Origin: Chrysomallon squamiferum
Lineage: Eukaryota; Animalia; Mollusca
Direction: 5' to 3'
Assembly: GCA_012295275.1 (NCBI GenBank)
Contig: CM022665.1
Location: 27,280,001-27,344,000 of the forward strand
Length of the DNA stretch: 64,000 nucleotides
Shown here: positions 1-13,373 of the stretch, piece after piece
How the letters are laid out: every line of letters starts with the position of its first letter
How positions within the stretch are numbered: position 1 is the first letter of the stretch
Position numbers and translations under genes: made by a program
Notes under the pieces: model-generated
What the model was told of the DNA's origin: nothing
The model's database searches: none
The model's input: only the letters and a program-made list of their open reading frames with translations

Positions 1-1512
1 TATTATCTGAAATGAAAATATTGTAACGTGCCGGCTAATATATTTAATGCAGTGAAGTTTATATAAAGCATGCAAGCTGCTTTAGAATTAAACGGATTGG
101 CTATTTCCTTTGTCAAACATAAAAAATAGATTTCGCTCGTCGATGTCAATACCACACGTGATGATTCAAAGGATGCAGCTTATCGTGTCTTTTGAAGGAG
201 AAAATGCAAAATTTTCTACCATGAAATATTAACTCAGGTTAACGATTTTAGAAAATAGAAGATTTGTATTTAGATTAGCTTTCAGGAAATGAGACAGTTT
301 ATCAGAAAACCAGCATGGAAAACATTACTATAATTAATTTTGTCTTTGAGATCTTATGTTTTGGCTAATAGTTTAAAGGAAAATTTAATGAAATATAAAG
401 CCATATAAATTTATGTTCCAAGTGAGAGTCAGAGATAGAGAGAAAAAGGGAGAAAGAGAGATACAATCCAACACGTTGCAAAATGTGTTCTTTGCGATGA
501 AAACCACATCGTTACAGAACAATATTATTTTTCCTTCAAATCCAAAAACACTCGCCTATAACACGAGTCTGTTTATACGTCAGTATTACAAAGACTGCAT
601 CTTAAATATCATTTTAACTTTTAGTGGCCCAGCAAACAGAAGTAAAGTAAACTTTGCTATAAATCTTTTCAGAAAGCTCTTTTATTTAAAAGAATAATAA
701 TAGTAATATCAGCCATTTTGAAAATTCCTTCGATTGTCCTACCCACAGTAGGAAAAGCATCGAACCGTATAATTACGCACGTGCCACGAAAACAGTAGCC
801 GGTCCATTAGAGTAATTCCCACCTACAATAGCGAATCCAGTGGACTGGCATATCTGCTGGTTTCACTCTTTCAGTAAGATCAATTTCGCAAACGCAAACT
901 GAATTATTATCAGCTGTCACCTTGTATACGCCATCTTGATCAGTTCACCATATCTTATTCGTTTCGTTTAATGGAGCCATTCCATATTTTGAAAACACCC
1001 CCGCCAGCAGGTGTGGTGACCAGCGAAAATTTAAAATAGTTTAGCCGGAGCTGATTGGCAGGTTTAATTACAGCTTCCCCTAGTAAAAACAGCTGAACAC
1101 ACACATTTTCTGGTTTGATTGGACCCTCCAGAAAGCTATAGTTAGTGAAAACAAACAGCAATTTTAGATGTGATCAACAGAGGTGTTATTAAAACACTTA
1201 TATGCTTACTTTTTAACCACCACGGAGATATCCAGCCTTTAAAATAAACAGTAATACAAGACCTTGGTGTTTTTTCTTTTTGAAGTAATTATAAAAAATA
1301 TAAATAAAAATTGTTATTTTAGATACAAAAACACAACACAGAGCAGTTAACGCTAATTGTACAATTCTTGTTTTCAAACTGCTAAAAATTAACAGGTTAA
1401 ATCTGATCAGTGACTATATGTAGGGCCTAAATATATTTACTCATGTTTGTGCGTCGCTCTCTTTTGAATAGAAGACCTGTTTCTGCTCGCCAGTAATGAA
1501 AGATTAAATTAA

Positions 1513-1557
<45 letters not shown>

Positions 1558-1857
1558 TAATGATGATGATGATGATAAATATATTATACACAGACTTTGC
1601 TCGTTAGGACATTCTTTTTTAAGCCTGTCATTGTAATGGTTAAATTATTAGATTTATCAGTTGTTGTATAAATCGTAAAACAACATACACAGTTAATAAA
1701 TACTGGAAGCTTTGAATTTTGTTGTAGCAGATACCTTAAATGGTTGGTAATTTAAAACAGGTCGATTTTGTTTTTGTTTCTTGGCCAAGACCATTATTGT
1801 TTTACCAATACCATCAGTGTGGGAAAACAACATATGTACAGCTGGATATACTTGTAT

Positions 1858-1861
<4 letters not shown>

Positions 1862-1946
<85 letters not shown>
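1862..1946. repeat. (CT)n microsatellite
   Basis: Perfect dinucleotide run. Confidence 0.98.
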
Positions 1947-1950
<4 letters not shown>

Positions 1951-2153
1951 TGTCTGTGTTGTGAACGAATGAATATATTAGGAAAACATATCCCGTGTGT
2001 TAGAACATTTCCGTTCCCATAATAAAAGTCGGCTGTGGTAAACAGACTACATTAGCGAGTACATTATTTAATCAAATTTATAACAAACAAATGAAACTAA
2101 ATGGGGCTGTACCAAATTACAGAAGTGATGGCATACGAAAACTAAAATGGAAA

Positions 2154-2184
<31 letters not shown>

Positions 2185-2234
2185 AACAGAAATAAAGATG
2201 TTTAGTTTTAGAATATTGACTGTCGACGGGAATA

Positions 2235-2237
<3 letters not shown>

Positions 2238-2310
<73 letters not shown>
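2238..2310. repeat. (CT)n microsatellite
   Basis: Perfect dinucleotide run. Confidence 0.98.
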
Positions 2311-2314
<4 letters not shown>

Positions 2315-3175
2315 GCGTTTGAGCAGCATTTTATAAATGATTAGTTTATTTTTCTATTATCACTGCTGAATAAATAAATAAACTGCAAATTTAAAAAAGA
2401 AAGAAAGAAAATAATAATAAATAAATAAATAAATAAATAAATAGAAATAAATAATAAATAAAAATGTCAGAGAGGGAAAACACGATACTTCCGATTTGCA
2501 AGAAAGAAAGAAAGAAGGAAAAAACAACAAAAAAAAAAAAACCGTTTAAGCCACCCAGAATATATTAAAAATATGTCTCCTGAATGAAATTCTACAGTTT
2601 GTAAACTTCCTGCAAGTTTAACACTCTTCTTCCTTTATAATTAGCCGATTTGATTCGTACGCACGTGCTACGTCTGACGCGAAATCATTGCAGAAAGACT
2701 TAAAGCGCAACGATTAAGTTGCATTCAGTGTCAGACATCTGGACCTCGCTACTTGCACGCGCGAAACATGTAATTGATTAAACAGACAACCGCTATCCTG
2801 TTTTCATTTAGTCAAATGCATTTTCTTGGATTATAGTAAATCCACAACACGTGTTTTGTGCTAGTATGTGCTAAAAACTCAAATTATTAATAAAATGGTT
2901 AAGAATAGAGGGGCTGTTAGTAATGAATATAATTATCTAATATCTAGACAGATAGTGTAAATAAAAACATGCTACCTACGTAATAACCTTAACTGTCTCA
3001 CTGTTTAGGTAATATATATATATATATATATAAAGAAGAAAGAAACAATTAATGGATAAAAGAAGGTATCTCAGGATAGTGCATATATAATGTTAATACG
3101 TCAGGAGAGAGTTTCTGTTCAGAAATTCAAGGCATCTTGCGTCACGATTTCGATCTCATGAATCTTATGAATAAG

Positions 3176-3241
3176 AATAATAATAATAATAATAATAACA
3201 ACAACAATAACAATAATAATAACAATAATAACAACAACAAC

Positions 3242-3277
<36 letters not shown>
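3176..3277. repeat. (AAT/AAC)n compound microsatellite
   Basis: Direct inspection; explains the poly-Leu ORF 3142-3384. Confidence 0.95.
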
Positions 3278-3278
<1 letters not shown>

Positions 3279-3747
3279 GAGAGGTAAAAACATTATAAAA
3301 ATACAAAAGATGAACTGTATTAATATAGCAATTCTGCAATGATATACCTGAGATTTTTCTATGTATCTCTATAATAAATAACATATACAGGAACGAAAGG
3401 AAAACGGCAGTATGTATAATTGTAATAAAAGAAAAAAAAAAAAAAAAAAAGAAAAGAAAGACAGATAACTATTGTTAATATCGTATTTCAGCATCGTTGC
3501 CGCGTTTCTTTTCTGAAAAGTGCTGAAGTATTTCCACTAACACTTTTTAATTATATATATTTTAAACAAATCATTGCATTTAACATTATACAGTTAATTA
3601 TAATTATTACAGGTATAATAACCTGCCAGCTAATTTTAGCACTGACGTCAGTAATACTCTCATTTTATTCGGTGAAATGATAAATATCTTCGAGTGTTGT
3701 CTTAAGAATCTGTTATTATCAAGTAAATTAATAACAGACTTTTAAGA

Positions 3748-3750
<3 letters not shown>

Positions 3751-3834
<84 letters not shown>
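3751..3834. repeat. (GA)n microsatellite
   Basis: Perfect dinucleotide run. Confidence 0.98.
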
Positions 3835-3838
<4 letters not shown>

Positions 3839-5859
3839 GAGAGCGAGCGAGTTAACGCGTCGTTTTACTAAGATGAAATATTTTATTGCGTGAACTAAGA
3901 ACTCGCCGATTCCGCGAAAGTAATGGTCGGACCGGCATCATGTTTATGGAGCCAGTACATTCTTGGCAGTAATAACTCAGAACAAATACGCCGTTTTGGC
4001 TCCGGCAAGATGCATGAATTAGAAATTTTACTATCATGTCAATGACTTGCAGTTTGGGTTCCGTGCATCTTAAGTGTAAGGTCAAAATCATACAACTGTA
4101 ATACGGTGAAAATATCAAAGAAGTTCGTCCTTAACACACAAAGCTTACTAGAACATAAATTTTTTAAATGTCGACTTCAGAAGAGATCTGGAAATCATTT
4201 TTATTGAGAGGAATGAGCAAGATGATGTTATTATTGTACACTCGTTGTGTGTTACACTTTGCTTTATTGATGAAAACAAAATAAAATTATTTAAATTTTT
4301 TCATGTGATGACTGATCCAAATTCTCGCATGAGTCTGGGATATTTTGGTTTCGTTGAATTATATTCAGTTAAAAAGCCATTCAACCAACTAATAACTAAA
4401 TAAATAAATAACCAAAAGCATGCACATACAAAAAGTTTACCGGAATTAAATTTGAAAATAAATTAAAACTGATGCTGCTGCTATTACAATTTCTACTACT
4501 AATACTACAGATAAAATAATAACAACAACAACAGCAACAATAGTAATCATGATCATAATGATTATGATGATATCAAAACAACAACAGCAGTAACGGCAGC
4601 AACGACAACAACGACAACAACAACAACAATAATGATCGTAGTTGTAATTTAGTGTTGTTTTATTTTGGCTACAGTGTGACAGATGTGTTAAAGAGACGTT
4701 ATCTTGGCGCCAGAAATCCTCGACCAGTTCTCTTTAACTTACAGCTGATCGTATTATTGTTGTTACATCGCTGTTGGACTCAAGCGCTAAACACATTTTC
4801 TTCTCTGTGGTATTTTTGGCCCGTTAGAACTGGTTTCTCGATCTGAAGTGAATAAAAAGAGATGGTTTATCTAATTTATGAACTGGAATGTCAATTACAT
4901 ATATAATAAAAGTTTTTTTTTCTTTTTCCTGAATTTATTTCTTTCATTCTTATTTTATTGCTTTATTTTTCTGTTCCTTTTTTGGTTCTTTCGTACAGGA
5001 TTTTTTTTTTTTTTTTTTTTTTTACAGTATCCTTTTTAAACGTATTTTAATTTTTTTACCTTTATTTACCTTTTTTTTTTTTTGTTGTTCTATTTACACT
5101 ATTTTTAATGCTGACTGTTTTTTCTCTTGCTTTGTTATTATTATTTATTTCCTCGTTTTTCCTTTAGTGCACTAATAGATCACTGAAACGAACAACTTAA
5201 ATAACGTATTTGTGAAAGTTTCGCTGATAAATATCTCCAATCTACTCGTTTCCTGTATCATTTATCTCGCACTTTCTTTCAGTCTACGCCAACAAACCTG
5301 CAAAATAAACAATCCAAATTTCGACAGAGTTTTTAGAACAAATATTAAAGTTACACAACGTTGTTCTAAAGAAAGGGGAGAAAAAAACATTTTCCAACCA
5401 CGCCATCTTGTAGACGATTTCGAAATTTAACACGTTCATTTATTTATATCGCCTTGTTCCTATAACATTATCATGTGCACATTTTATTGGCTTTGAGAAA
5501 CCTTTGATACCGTGAAATGCAATACAAGACATTGCTCTTGGGAAATATGCTAGAGATATTTTCTGTTTAAACTGCCCTGGACCGTTTTCGGAATATTGTC
5601 TAAGTGTTGAATGTCTGCACATTTCCGTACATGTTTGTATAGTATTATCTTCATGGATACACACTTCTGGGAATTTTCAATTGTTTATTTCTTTATTTAC
5701 TTTATTATCATTATTATTTTTATTTCATTTTTAAAAAGGGAGAAATTGTACAATAATGGTGTTAGTCAAATGCAAAGAATATTGTTCATGCTTCTTATAT
5801 AGATGTTGTTGCTTCTTACTGAACTTACATGAATATAACAGAAAGAAGGCGATATGGAA

Positions 5860-6130
5860 AAAATAGCTTTATATTGGACTGTAAAGGAAATATATTTTTA
5901 TTGCTCTCACAGAATTGTAATAGAAATATCTTTACATAACATAACATGACTGAAATAGAAATATATTTATACTACGTCAGAGGATTGTGATAGAAATGTA
6001 TTTATGGTGTCTTATAAATATAAATAGCTTTATTTTACACTTACAGGAGTAATAGAAACATTTTATACTGCACTCTGGGGACTGTAATATAAATAGTTTT
6101 ATTCTGCAGTCACAGGATGTAATAGAAAAC
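5860..6130. repeat. Degenerate 35-bp minisatellite, ~8 copies
   Basis: Core TA(G/T)AAA recurs at 5921, 5956, 5991, 6019, 6053, 6088 and 6123. Approximate consensus TGTAATAGAAATATATTTATACTGCACTCACAGGA. Confidence 0.8.
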
Positions 6131-9100
6131 AACAGAAAGACAATATAATTTTGTTACGAGAAAAGAAAATATCGCGGATTCACAGATGGGGGAAAATATC
6201 CCAAGTATAATATTATCAAAATATATATGTATACAGACGGTATGAACAAATAATTCCATTTTATACCATTCTCTTGTATGAGGATTACACATGTTAGTTC
6301 GTTACTAACAAGTATAGAACTCAGTAAAGAAAAAAAATGTGTTGTGTTACTTGGCCGTATATTACTTTATTAAATCCCTGAATAAATAGACAGCCACCTC
6401 TTTCTTGGACACAAGCGAATTACTTAGTGAAAGCTATACTCTCAGTAAAGATCACACCATCTTAATTAATTAATTAAAAGATACTGTGAACAAAAAAATA
6501 ATTCTGTAATCTGCAAATGATATGATATTTTAAATATGACAGTTGTAAGTCATTTAATTCATGATCTCAGAAGTTACTAAAAACCAAACTACTGTTCAGC
6601 AATTCTCTTTTTGTGTTTTCTCGAAAAGCGTGATCGTGTAGGGCCTAGTTTTAAGAGATTTGTTCAGCGGTGTTTGGCGCCAAATATACGAATCTGTAAA
6701 ATTGATTGATAGCCCTATGATGACTTTATCAATGGGTCAACGTAGCAGATAAATGTCTGCTTTCATCTTCTGATTAAGACATAAAAACTAGTTCTCAGTT
6801 TTATATAACAGTCAAAAAAAAAAAAAAAAAGGCAAAAAGCCTTGTTTGTATTCCTGAAACATGAATCAATTTTATGGTGGATTTATGCAGTTATAAAGTA
6901 AAATCAAGTTGTTGATTCGTGACGAAACAAGTTAAGTTTGGTCGCCAAATTCTATGACACTGTACGATTTAAGTAAAAAGACAGAAACACAAACAACAAC
7001 AACAAAAACAACAACAACAACAACAACAAACAACAAACAAACAACCTCCCTCCCCCAAAAACCCCCACGAAAAGCAGAAAGAAAGACGAACCAAGAAAAA
7101 AGACAGAAAGAAAGAAAAATCAAAGGAAAAGAAACATCTTGCAATAACAGATTTAAAATTTTGTCATCGTTTTTTCTTCTTTTTTTTTCTCCTGTATTTT
7201 TAAAAAGTAACATATCCTGGCAATCGTCTCTATCTTATCACTGTTAAGTAATGTAGTGCAGCTAATCAATCGTCTGCACTAAGTTGATCTCTTTTGCACG
7301 CCATATCGTCTCGCACAGAATGTATTCTAGCGCCTTTTTAAAATTGAACTGACAGAAAATCTCGCCGACTGAGTGAAATCTGACATCAGAGAAAGTCAAG
7401 CGACGAAGATGAGCTATCTGCCGAAAACGTGTTGATGCTGTCGCATGTTGAAATCATTGTTGGGGCTCCGCTGTGGCGGGGCGGGTGGCGCGCGTGCCAA
7501 ACGACACCAGCAGACGACACGTCGCTTACTACGTTTTCAAAAGACTCCTGCAACTGTTACCTTTCGTACATGAGAAGTTATGGGGGGTTTTGTTGTTATT
7601 TTCATCCTTAAATTTAAAAAAAAAAAAGATGACTTACTAACCTTAACTCTAACTTAATAACCTTTTATTGCAATAGATTCACTGAAGTCAATCCATTCGT
7701 CACAGGTTTACTCAAACCAACACAAAACACAGACACACAAAGCAAACACGCGCGCGCGCGCACAAATATAGTTCCCATTCACTTAATATTCCCATTCACT
7801 AAAATATTCCCAGTATAGATATTTTAAACTTTATCAAAATTCCAAAAATCACACGAATACACACACACACACACACACATCTAAATACATTTACACACGT
7901 AACAAATACACGCGCATACAAACAAAAATGTATTCATACGCACGTACATATGTGTACATAGACAATTAAATGCGTAATACATACGTTCCACAAAAAAACC
8001 CCATCAAAAACAATAACAAAAAAAAAAAACAAACAAACAACAAACACAAACACAAAAGTACACAGATATCTAATACAGACATTTATCATATACATTCCCG
8101 ACTGCACAACATGAGCACGTGCATTCGTGCACAGAGAAACACGTACGTACACAACAAACATACAAAATATACGTACATTCACATAAACAAGAGAACGAGA
8201 AAAAATATATGTGTGTGAAAAATGTATACATTCACCCGTCGATCTTCACAGACACACGCGATAACGTACATTCTCACACATGACACATTTTTACATAAAC
8301 ACGCCCACACTAAAACAAAGCAACAAATAAAGAAAAAAAAAAAAAAAAAAAAAAAATGAACTCTTTCCAAGATAATACAGCGTATTTATATTACATTAGC
8401 CGTTTTTAATCGACTTTTCAAACAGCAGACAAATAATGGTAACTGACATCTCTGTATCGTTTTATGTCGATTGTGTTTGCATTTTAAAATGTTCTTACCA
8501 TCTGGACTTTCTTCTGACTCTACAAAACATCAGTGATCATTGGTTCGTCTGTTGTTACATCTCACTATACAAATATGCAGGTATACAGCTAAATGAAAGC
8601 GGAACAAATCTGTCTTCACTGATTCGACATCAAGGCTAATTTCAAACTCTCCCAGACAGCCACAGATTAGATGAAACAAAACAATGGTTAAATATTAGAA
8701 TCTCTGATAAAGGAAGAAAAAAAATGTTTTATCAGAAACATTAACACCATACTTTTTCTTCACTGAAATAGAAAGCATGTCTACTCGTTTTCTGTCAAAA
8801 GTAATATGGTGAAAATATAAATCAGAAAAAAAGAACATAAACGAAAAGCCCTTTGTGCATAATATTGGACTCGTACCCGTAAAGTGGTATACGCAATCAT
8901 GCGTTTCTCTAGTAATACTGCTATGACGATGACCCAAAACAACAACAACCACTACTACTAACATTATTACTATCACTTTACTGTTGGATTTGCATGTCTG
9001 TATAGTAAAGATAAATGTTCATTGTATTTTACGTTTTTTAAGCAGATTAATACTTACAGAAACTGTTATAGGGAGAAACGTGCCCAAAATGACATTTGGA

Positions 9101-9514
9101 GCAATTAATAACAATCTTCCGTCTAATTTGACGGGTCTCCAACCTGATCCTCTCATGGCGTGTGTTTTTCAAGATACGGGGGTCGTTTGATTGACATTCA
9201 AAACAGAGTTAAAAAGACGAAAGCCATTTTAATTAAGTGTTTTAATGAAAAATCGATATCCCGCGTGCCTGATCAGTTGACTAATTTGTTGTACAATGAG
9301 TTGATTATGAGCAAATGATCCATGAAATTTGCTCCCACTGCCTGTCCATCCTCTTCAAAAATGACGAATTACACAGAGCAAAATCTTCTGTGCCATTAAA
9401 GTTGGGGAACGATGGCGCCTACATTGTCTGACTCACAAAGTCCGCGTGTTTTCTGTCTTCTTGATAACATCGAGTGTTTTCCACTTGAGTGAGAATGACG
9501 TATATATTACCATT

Positions 9515-9765
9515 AAAACTATTACTATTGCTGCTATTGATATTATTACTGGTGTTAGTGCTACCAACATTGCTTCTTCTGCAACTACTACATTTTCTTT
9601 TTGCTGCTACTACTACTGCTGCTGCTGTTGCTGCTGCTAATAGTATTACTAATTCCATTATTATTACTTCTACTACTATTACTGTTATTGACTACATTTT
9701 CTGCGACTATCATTACTACTGCTAAACTACTACCGATACATATGCTAGTACTACTACTTCTACTA
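9515..9765. repeat. Degenerate (ACT/GCT/ATT)n trinucleotide tract
   Basis: Direct inspection; explains the overlapping low-complexity ORFs at 9419-9783. Confidence 0.85.
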
Positions 9766-10620
9766 ATGAGGCTGATAATATGATTAGGATCACAACAATA
9801 ACAGCAACAAATATTAAAATTCAGAACAAGAAGAGAAATTCCAAATTTACCAGCAACAGAGGCAACAAAACATTTATGCTAAATAATGACATTATTTGAA
9901 GAATAAAACTAAAAAAAAACCTTCTGCTATTAATGAAAAGATCAGTAATGGTATTTTTTCTTATTTGATGTTTATATGTACAGTCTAACATTTGTCTCTA
10001 AAGTAAAATACTAATATATGTCTAAATGGTTGCAAGATGACCATCCACTTTCAATTGGAAAAAGATGCGCAGAGCAAGCGTGCATCCCAAACGTGCCAAA
10101 TTCAAATTTTTGCTCATTTTATGACACCGGTTATTACTGTTTGTTACACCTGAAAGTCGCTAGAGGGTGTCACTCGATTCAAATTTATCGTTTGTTAATT
10201 TTACGCCTCGTTTAAATGTCTGCATCAAATGATCCATATCATTGCTACACCAATAAATCTGTCGCCAGTCCTAGTCAAATTGGCCGTTTTAATACTTAGC
10301 ACACCTTGACACCATGCTGTTCATACAACGCCTTGCTCATACCCGTGGCATTTACTGCGGTTGCAGAATAATTAACCACAAAGTTTAGATAAAAAATATC
10401 TTGTACTAAAACCATTTGTTCAATGAAAAGCAGATGCAGTTCACATACTGCTGGTTTTGTATTATCAAAAAAACCCCAGCAAGATGTAGATACAAACATT
10501 TCATTAATAAATGCTCATTAACTGAAGCTGAAAATCTTATATAGATAAGCGTAAATTATAATGAAATTTTAAACCTATTAACTTTATTAAATGAATTAAT
10601 AATATATTATATTGCTTCAA

Positions 10621-10770
10621 GGCAATTCTCCCATTTCAGCTAGCTAGTATGTCTAGCTAGCATGTGATATATCTTTGCCAGAAAGACAACAACAGTTTTT
10701 TAAACAGTTTCTGTTACTTATCATTAAAAGCAGCCCACGAAATCTTGTGAGCGGGTTTCTTCTATCATAT
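10621..10770 (+). mobile_element. Decayed SINE body fragment
   Basis: GGCAATTCTCCCATTTCAGC ... AAAAGCAGCCCACGAAATCTTGTGAGCGGGTTTC. Shares motifs with 43621 (minus), 56480 and 45068-45097 (GGAGTAACCC..GGGTTTC). Confidence 0.4.
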
Positions 10771-11032
10771 CTATTATAAAAGCACACACAGTCATATACA
10801 TACATAATTACGTGTTCATCTCCATTTTGTTTTTGGTTTTTTTAATGTCACTAACACCATTTTATACTAACTAATTCATTTGTTTCGAGCTAGATTTATA
10901 ATTATACTTAATAAGTCTTAAATTTGGCACATAAACCAAGACCATGTCTAATACTGAAAGAGACTGTGCATGTGGCTTACGAGTTTTATGCTGGAGATTG
11001 AACAAAGATTACATAACTGAATTTAAATAAAC

Positions 11033-11103
<71 letters not shown>

Positions 11104-13026
11104 TTAATCTACCATTTAAAGAACGAACCAAATAATAAATAAATAAATAAATATTTTAAAAATAAATAAATATTTTAAAAATAAAACATCCTAAACTAAA
11201 AGGAGAAAGGGAAAAAGATATAAAAAGCTTTAATTTCGTTAAGTGACGTTTTAAAACTGGAAGCTGGCTTCACTGACAGAGTTAGACAGATTTAGAAAGT
11301 CAAGTAGAGCACTTGAAAAATAGAACTCGAGACATTTGTAAGGACGCGGATGTTTTTCACACTACGTCACATATGTCAAGAAAGAAGTCATATTAATCTC
11401 AGCGAAAAAAACAACGTCTTTATTTAAGTGTTAATATCCGATTCGGTTTAGCGTATTAGATCGGTTTTAATACCAACAATAAGCAGTTAATTATAAATTG
11501 GCAACTGACTGTATCGCCTTCATGTCTATAAAGGAAAGAAAGAAGAAATATTTCATTTAATGGTTCATGACGTCATACATGTGACTAAGGACTTCACAAA
11601 TGAGAAAAAAAGAAAAGAAAAAAAAGAAAAATGTCCGCTGCCGCCATGCCATTAGCTGCTTTTCGATTATCTTCAAGAGATATTTTATGTGAATCTTCTC
11701 ACAGACAGGAATGCTTGTACCATTGTAATATATTTGTAGCAAATTTCCCAGTTCTTTTATGAGAAAGAATTAAAAATCAATCATATTAAACTTTTAAGAA
11801 ACTTTTTAAAAACTGTGTGAATATACGATCGTAATTCAGTCTGTTAGACGCGATTTGATTCGAACAGTAACAGTTAATTATAATATTATATTGTCAGGAA
11901 TTGTGATCCTGCTGATATGATAGCCAGCTCAGTATAAATATGACTATAACAGTTCTTGATAGGAAAAAAAGATTCTGCAATACTAGTAATATGAATGTTT
12001 TTATATTTAAGCGTTAATGTCCATATTATTTCATAGTTTTGGACTTGTTTTAATTGCTTCAGTAACCAGTCATTTAAGAGTAGAATGCTTGTTGTAATGT
12101 TTATTTGTTTTGTTTTTGTTTTTTGACAGCTTCGATACCCTATAATATAAATAACTATAAAATCGCATTAAATGTTAGAAACATTTATATTTAATATTAA
12201 ATGTCTGACTGAAACGTTTTTACTTAAGTATTAACTTCTGAACAATTTCAATGGATTAGGCTGTTTTAATACTAATTTTAACCCAGTTCGTTCTAAATAG
12301 GCTAGTAACTGCATCGCTTTATCGGCAAAGTCGAGAGGCAGGGAATATCCAGAAAACAACTGAACTGAAAAGGTACGTACAAGTATCTTGTTAATGTGTG
12401 TGATCTGGCGTTGTTTTGAAGGTAAAGTTGATGTAATCGCTAGAGTATGTCTGAAGGATTTATTTTTGTCAGTTATGAGAACTGTCGCCATTACAAGTCT
12501 GGAACTGGTTAAGGATCTAGCAGAATTCTTACAAGACAAAGATTAAAACTGGCGCAAGAAAAAAACAAACAAAAAAAAGGTTAACATAGCACTAATAGCA
12601 AATTATTATATCAGATAGTTCACGGCAGTTCATAAATTGCGGTAAAGCCAATAAAGAGATGTTTTTGTTGAACAACTTTTAACAAAAATTTCGAAACGAA
12701 TTATTACTTTTGTTAGCGATTCTGAAAATAAGTAGGTAAATTTCTGCAAAGATAAGCATCACGGGAATTTTTTAATGATTAAATGCAGTGAATAACAAAA
12801 TTCTGACAGAGAGACATTAATTTTAACCGACAAAGTTTTGGGTGGATTAAAAACAATTACATTACGGACATTTGAAAAAGCAAATATATGCATTAATTTT
12901 ATTAATTCTATTTATTTATTTTTTATTTTATTTTTTTTTATTTTTTTTTAAGCTGCCGATTTGCAACATGCTTCTAAAATATCTCATCATCATACGTGAT
13001 CTTTTTATTCCCTCTTGGCAACAAGA

Positions 13027-13050
13027 TGCAGCTCAGTGGTAGAGCATCGT
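13027..13050 (+). mobile_element. Isolated tRNA D-arm/A-box fragment (truncated SINE head)
   Basis: GCAGCTCAGTGGTAGAGCA is a tRNA 5' motif, but AT-rich sequence follows with no anticodon arm or T-arm. Confidence 0.5.
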
Positions 13051-13281
13051 CAAATTTAAAAATTAAAAATTATATTCGTCACACAAAATTTTCGTATTTT
13101 TATTTTTATTTAAATTAATTAATTAAGTAACTTTTTTGTATGTGGAACAATCCAAATGTAAATGTAAATTCCATCACTTAAACGTACAGCAAACGAATGT
13201 TTGCGATATATTTTATTAAGAAAGATCAAGAGAGATTACTAATGAGAAAATGAAGCAAATATTAAAATGTTTTAAAACTGT

Positions 13282-13284
<3 letters not shown>

Positions 13285-13368
<84 letters not shown>
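13285..13368. repeat. (CT)n microsatellite
   Basis: Perfect dinucleotide run. Confidence 0.98.

Positions 13369-13373
<5 letters not shown>

Noticed and set aside
5860-6130. CRISPR-like periodicity in the 31-39-bp repeats (also 37220 and 59650)
   Set aside because: Units are head-to-tail degenerate copies without unique spacers, in a eukaryotic context with no cas genes.
13027-13100. Possible tRNA gene
   Set aside because: Only the D-arm motif is present; no anticodon arm, T-arm or acceptor stem.
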